A DNA stretch of 20,000 bases, from assembly GCA_016218805.1 (NCBI GenBank), contig JACRCW010000109.1:48973-68972 (forward strand), in the 5' to 3' direction. A program made the position numbers and the translations under genes. This stretch comes from Deltaproteobacteria bacterium (GTDB taxonomy: Bacteria; Myxococcota; JACRCW01). Under the pieces are notes generated by a model that saw only the letters and a program-made list of their open reading frames with translations, made no database searches and was not told where the DNA came from. This document shows, piece by piece, positions 17,043 to 20,000 of the stretch (within the stretch, counting starts at the first letter, position 1; each line of letters opens with the position of its first letter).

Positions 17043-19279
17043 AGGTTGATCACGGTCTCCGCGCCGTCCGCCACGGACGCGCGCGAACAGAACACAACGA
17101 CCTGGCCCAGCGACGCGAGGAACTGCAGCATCTTGGCCAGCAGCGGGTGTTTCACGTCGGGGATTGTCGCAAACCAGCCCTCCGCCAGCACCGGCACGGG
17201 GCGCTTGCGCAGGTGCATCTCCACCAGCGTCATGAGCACGGACAGCCAGGCCAGGTCCTGGTCCTGGGGCGGCAGGGTGGCAAACGGGGTCACCTTGCCC
17301 TGCGCGTCCACCGCCGTGACGTCGCCCTTGTCGTTGAAGGACACGTTGGCAAACCGCCGGTCACTCAGCGCACCCAGGTACTGCGCGGTGCGCTGCTGCG
17401 CGGCCTGGCCCAGCGCGGCCACGGGCTGGTGGAACAGGTCCACGGCCACCTTCATCAGCTGCACCACGGCGTCCGGTGCACCGGGCGTCATGCCCGGGAA
17501 CCCGCCCATCATGAACGCGGGCAGCGCGCCGGGCGGGCCGCCTGCCGGCGGCGGGTCTCCACCGGGAAGGCAGTACCGTGCGTCCGTACCGGCCGGCTCC
17601 TCCACGCCGTAGCCGTCCTCCCCGGCTTCCCCGTAGCCGGAGGCGCCCACGCCGCCGGGACCGCCGCCGCCGCGCGTGGGGGGGTAGCCAGAGTCGTAGC
17701 CGTCCTGCGAGGGGTCGTCCGACGGGGGAGGCAGGCCCAGCTCCGCGCTGAGCACGCGGATCTCCTCCAGCAGGTCCTTCTCATTGCCGGAGAAGGACAT
17801 GCCCTGCAGCCTGGCCTCCAGGTCCGCCTGGCGCTTCTGCAGATCCTCGTACTCGGTGGGGCCCACGTTGGGGGCCACCTGCAGGCGGACGTTCTCGGCC
17901 TCGGCCTGCTTCTGCGCCAGCAGCACGCGCAGCTTGTCGCGTTCCGCCACCTTGTAGCGGAGGTCCTCCACGCCGGCGTCGTCCACCACCTTGGACTCGG
18001 CCAGCAGGCGGCGGATGGAGGAGGTATCCAGGTCAAACCGGCGCTGGGCCTTGTCCTTGCGCTCCTGGACCACGCCCTCCTGGCCCTTGAGGTCCGCCAG
18101 GTCCTCCAGCTTGGAGATGTACGTCAGCAGTGACACGGCCACGGCGCCAAACCCCAGCACGTCCAGGAAACCCAGGTAGCGCATGCCCGGCGCATCAAGC
18201 GCCGCCGCACCGCCCAGGCCAATGAGCAGCGCACCCAGCCCCACCCCGGCGCCAACCTGGAAGACGCGGTCGGTCCACGGCGGGGGAACCACCGCGTTGC
18301 GCTCGTCCTGCTGGACTTTGTGGCCGTACTCCTCGGCCTCGCGCAGTTCCTTTTCCAGGGCGGTCTTCTGCCGGGCAAAGACATCCAGCTGCTTGATCAT
18401 GTCTGCCGGGAGCCGTTCCACGTCAGCCAGCGGCTTGAGCAACTCCTGCACTTCCGCAATCTTGCCCTCAGCATCCCGGACGGGACGGAGCACCTCATCC
18501 AGCTCAAAGCGGCGCCGCTGCACACCGTCCAGGTCAAACTCAAGCGCCTGTTGCTCCTTGAGCTTGCCCAGCGCCTTGCGGTTGCCTTCCAGGCGCTGCT
18601 TCTTGTCCTCCGGGGACAGGTGCGCAAACGACACCGCCTTGCCCAGGCCCACCCCCGTGGGGCCGCCTGCGCCCGGTACCATTCCCGGCATCATTCCCGG
18701 CATCATTCCCGGCATCATCCCGGGCATCATCCCGGGCATCATTCCGGGCATCATCATTCCCGGCATCATCATGCCGGGCATCATCATCCCGGGCATCATC
18801 ATGCCGGGCATCATGCCGGTGGCGGGGTGGGCGGCAACCCGCTTGCTGGGGAGGTCCCGCCCGGCCGCGGCCAGGATCTTCTGGTAGCAGTCTTCGGGCG
18901 GCAGCCCCACCTGGGTCTTGAGGAACTGGGCCACTTCGGTGGCCTGGGAACTCAGCGGTTCAAACGCGCCGCCGGGCTTCTGCTGGTGGAGCGCGTAGAG
19001 GCCGGTCTTGAGGTCATGGATGAGGCGGTAGGTGGTGCCGTCGGATCCCAACAGCGTGGCGCCCACGCGCGAAATGGCCGCCGCGGGGTCAGCCACCTGC
19101 GGGGCGTAGGAATTCTGCGGTGAGAAGGTCAGCAGGCCCCGTAGCGCGTCCGCCAGCGTGGCGGCACGCGGACTGCCCTCGGACGAATCAACCAGGGCGT
19201 TGAGACCCTTGGTGAGCGTGAAGCGCTTCTGCTCGGGAAAGTGCTTCAACCCCTGAACGACGAACTCCAGGACTTGCAT
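17039..19279 (-). CDS. SMC/Rad50-like (YhaN-type architecture) coiled-coil protein with central TM hairpin and degenerate ATPase motifs
   Basis: Start reassigned to MQVLEFVVQGLKHF (GGAG upstream), followed by F.L.KGLNALV, a Rad50-like N-terminal strand pattern. Two long coiled coils flank two hydrophobic helices. C-terminal half-head YLGALSDRRF..V...PVPVLAEG.F...QVVVFC. Confidence 0.72.
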   Translation of the reverse strand: MQVLEFVVQGLKHFPEQKRFTLTKGLNALVDSSEGSPRAATLADALRGLLTFSPQNSYAPQVADPAAAISRVGATLLGSDGTTYRLIHDLKTGLYALHQQKPGGAFEPLSSQATEVAQFLKTQVGLPPEDCYQKILAAAGRDLPSKRVAAHPATGMMPGMMMPGMMMPGMMMPGMMMPGMMPGMMPGMMPGMMPGMMPGMVPGAGGPTGVGLGKAVSFAHLSPEDKKQRLEGNRKALGKLKEQQALEFDLDGVQRRRFELDEVLRPVRDAEGKIAEVQELLKPLADVERLPADMIKQLDVFARQKTALEKELREAEEYGHKVQQDERNAVVPPPWTDRVFQVGAGVGLGALLIGLGGAAALDAPGMRYLGFLDVLGFGAVAVSLLTYISKLEDLADLKGQEGVVQERKDKAQRRFDLDTSSIRRLLAESKVVDDAGVEDLRYKVAERDKLRVLLAQKQAEAENVRLQVAPNVGPTEYEDLQKRQADLEARLQGMSFSGNEKDLLEEIRVLSAELGLPPPSDDPSQDGYDSGYPPTRGGGGPGGVGASGYGEAGEDGYGVEEPAGTDARYCLPGGDPPPAGGPPGALPAFMMGGFPGMTPGAPDAVVQLMKVAVDLFHQPVAALGQAAQQRTAQYLGALSDRRFANVSFNDKGDVTAVDAQGKVTPFATLPPQDQDLAWLSVLMTLVEMHLRKRPVPVLAEGWFATIPDVKHPLLAKMLQFLASLGQVVVFCSRASVADGAETVINL
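18674..18817 (-). repeat. Coding tandem repeat, 11 units of GMMP/GMMMP/GMVP (12- and 15-bp units)
   Basis: Read directly: 6 x GMMP, 4 x GMMMP and 1 x GMVP, giving 25 Met in 48 residues. Confidence 0.97.
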
Positions 19280-19315
19280 GCACCGCTCCGGTGGCGACGA
19301 CCCAGTGGAGAGGCG

Positions 19316-19344
19316 ACGGTAGGGGTGTGCCCGGAGACGGTCAA
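19316..19344 (-). promoter_or_regulatory. Sigma70-type promoter for the SMC-like/rnhB/yraN/rsmI operon
   Basis: Minus strand TTGACC-17 bp-TACCGT in the intergenic gap, 36 nt upstream of ATG 19279. Confidence 0.65.
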
Positions 19345-19367
19345 GGTGGGAGGAGAACGCGCAGCGG

Positions 19368-20000
19368 TCACTTTTTGGGCTTGGCGGGTTTGGGCTTCTC
19401 CTGCTTCTTGGCGGGGGGAGGCGCCGGTTGGGGCGGCGGCGCGGCCGGCCGCGGGGGCGGCGCCGCCGAGGGGCGTGACGGAGCCGGCTGGGACGGCCGT
19501 GGCTGGGCTGCGGGAGGGCGCTGCGGCGCCGGCTGGTAGGACGGGGCCTGCTGCGCCGGCGCGCTGCGCGGCGCGGGCTGGGTCGCCCGCGGCACCCGCG
19601 GATCGCGGAAGGTCTCCGCGGGACGGTCGGGCTGCATGTCGGGCCGCGGCTGTGTGGCGCGGGACGGGTCTCGCGAAGGCGCCGGCTGGGCGCCGCCCGC
19701 GGGCGGGACCGTGCGGTCCGGCGGGTTCCACTCGCGACCGGGACGCGGTTCACCACCGGCGGGCGCGGGCGCCGCGCCACCGCCGCTGGGCGCGGGCACG
19801 GTGCGGTCCGGCGGGTTCCATTCGCGACCGGGACGCTGTTCACCACCGGCGGGCGCGGGCGCCGCGCCACCGCCGCTGGGCGCGGGCACGGTGCGGTCCG
19901 GCGGGTTCCATTCACGCCCGGGACGCGGTTCACCACCGGCGGGCGCGGGCGCCGCGGCGCCGCCGCTGGGCGCAGGCTCGCTGCGGTCCGGCGGGGTCCA
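19368..20000 (-). CDS. 3' end of a gene with a Pro-rich disordered C-terminus (begins beyond the window)
   Basis: Frame is open to the window edge (WTPPDRSEPAPSGG...). 30-aa repeats, then a Pro/Gln/Ala tract and a Lys-rich end (KKQEKPKPAKPKK). Confidence 0.7.
   Translation of the reverse strand, partial: WTPPDRSEPAPSGGAAAPAPAGGEPRPGREWNPPDRTVPAPSGGGAAPAPAGGEQRPGREWNPPDRTVPAPSGGGAAPAPAGGEPRPGREWNPPDRTVPPAGGAQPAPSRDPSRATQPRPDMQPDRPAETFRDPRVPRATQPAPRSAPAQQAPSYQPAPQRPPAAQPRPSQPAPSRPSAAPPPRPAAPPPQPAPPPAKKQEKPKPAKPKK
19711..20000 (-). repeat. 90-bp tandem repeat (30 aa: REWNPPDRTVPAPSGGGAAPAPAGGEPRPG), at least 3.2 copies, truncated by the window
   Basis: GCGGGTTCCA anchor at 19721, 19811 and 19901, and the variant GCGGGGTCCA at 19991: exact 90-bp period. 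Confidence 0.95.

Noticed and set aside
531..18133. Many long alternative-frame ORFs (e.g. 531-1703, 5259-6431, 11237-12667, 13798-15219, 14342-15655, 15940-17049, 16940-18133)
   Set aside because: They overlap well-supported genes, have no motifs, and are explained by stop-codon scarcity at high GC.
15904..19279. SMC-like protein plus YraN nuclease as a Wadjet/Lamassu-type defence system
   Set aside because: There are no kleisin/KITE or effector genes, the ATPase motifs are degenerate, and yraN is in its ordinary rnhB/rsmI housekeeping context.
19280..19936. N-terminal 219 aa of the 965-aa ORF call
   Set aside because: It is an Arg-rich off-frame reading of the upstream gene. A promoter and RBS sit directly before ATG 19279.
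19711..20000. 90-bp repeats as a CRISPR array
   Set aside because: The units are contiguous and near-identical with no unique spacers, the period is a multiple of 3 in an open frame, and no cas genes are visible.

Overview
High-GC bacterial window, probably Myxococcota. This is inferred from three proteins ending in MYXO-CTERM-like tails (Cys motif, TM helix, Arg cluster) and from Cys-rich repeat proteins. The left end carries nadA (5'-truncated), thiD and a SAM O-methyltransferase. The centre (about 3.0-15.1 kb) is a cluster of envelope or secreted hydrolase genes: a lipoprotein metzincin, a membrane protein, a large multidomain N-acetylmuramoyl-L-alanine amidase, a small zinc-ribbon protein, an Omp85/BamA-family protein outside the usual bamA context, and a three-gene unit of matrixin / TIMP-like secreted protein / matrixin. 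The right end is a minus-strand operon chained by GTGA overlaps, with a clear sigma70-type promoter: a membrane-anchored SMC/Rad50-like protein with degenerate ATPase motifs and a (PGMM/PGMMM)n tract, then rnhB, yraN and rsmI. Upstream of it lies the Pro-rich, 90-bp-repeat 3' end of a truncated gene. The most notable candidates are a bacterial MMP-TIMP-like protease/inhibitor module and the SMC-like pseudo-ATPase. All calls come from reading motifs by eye; no database searches were run.
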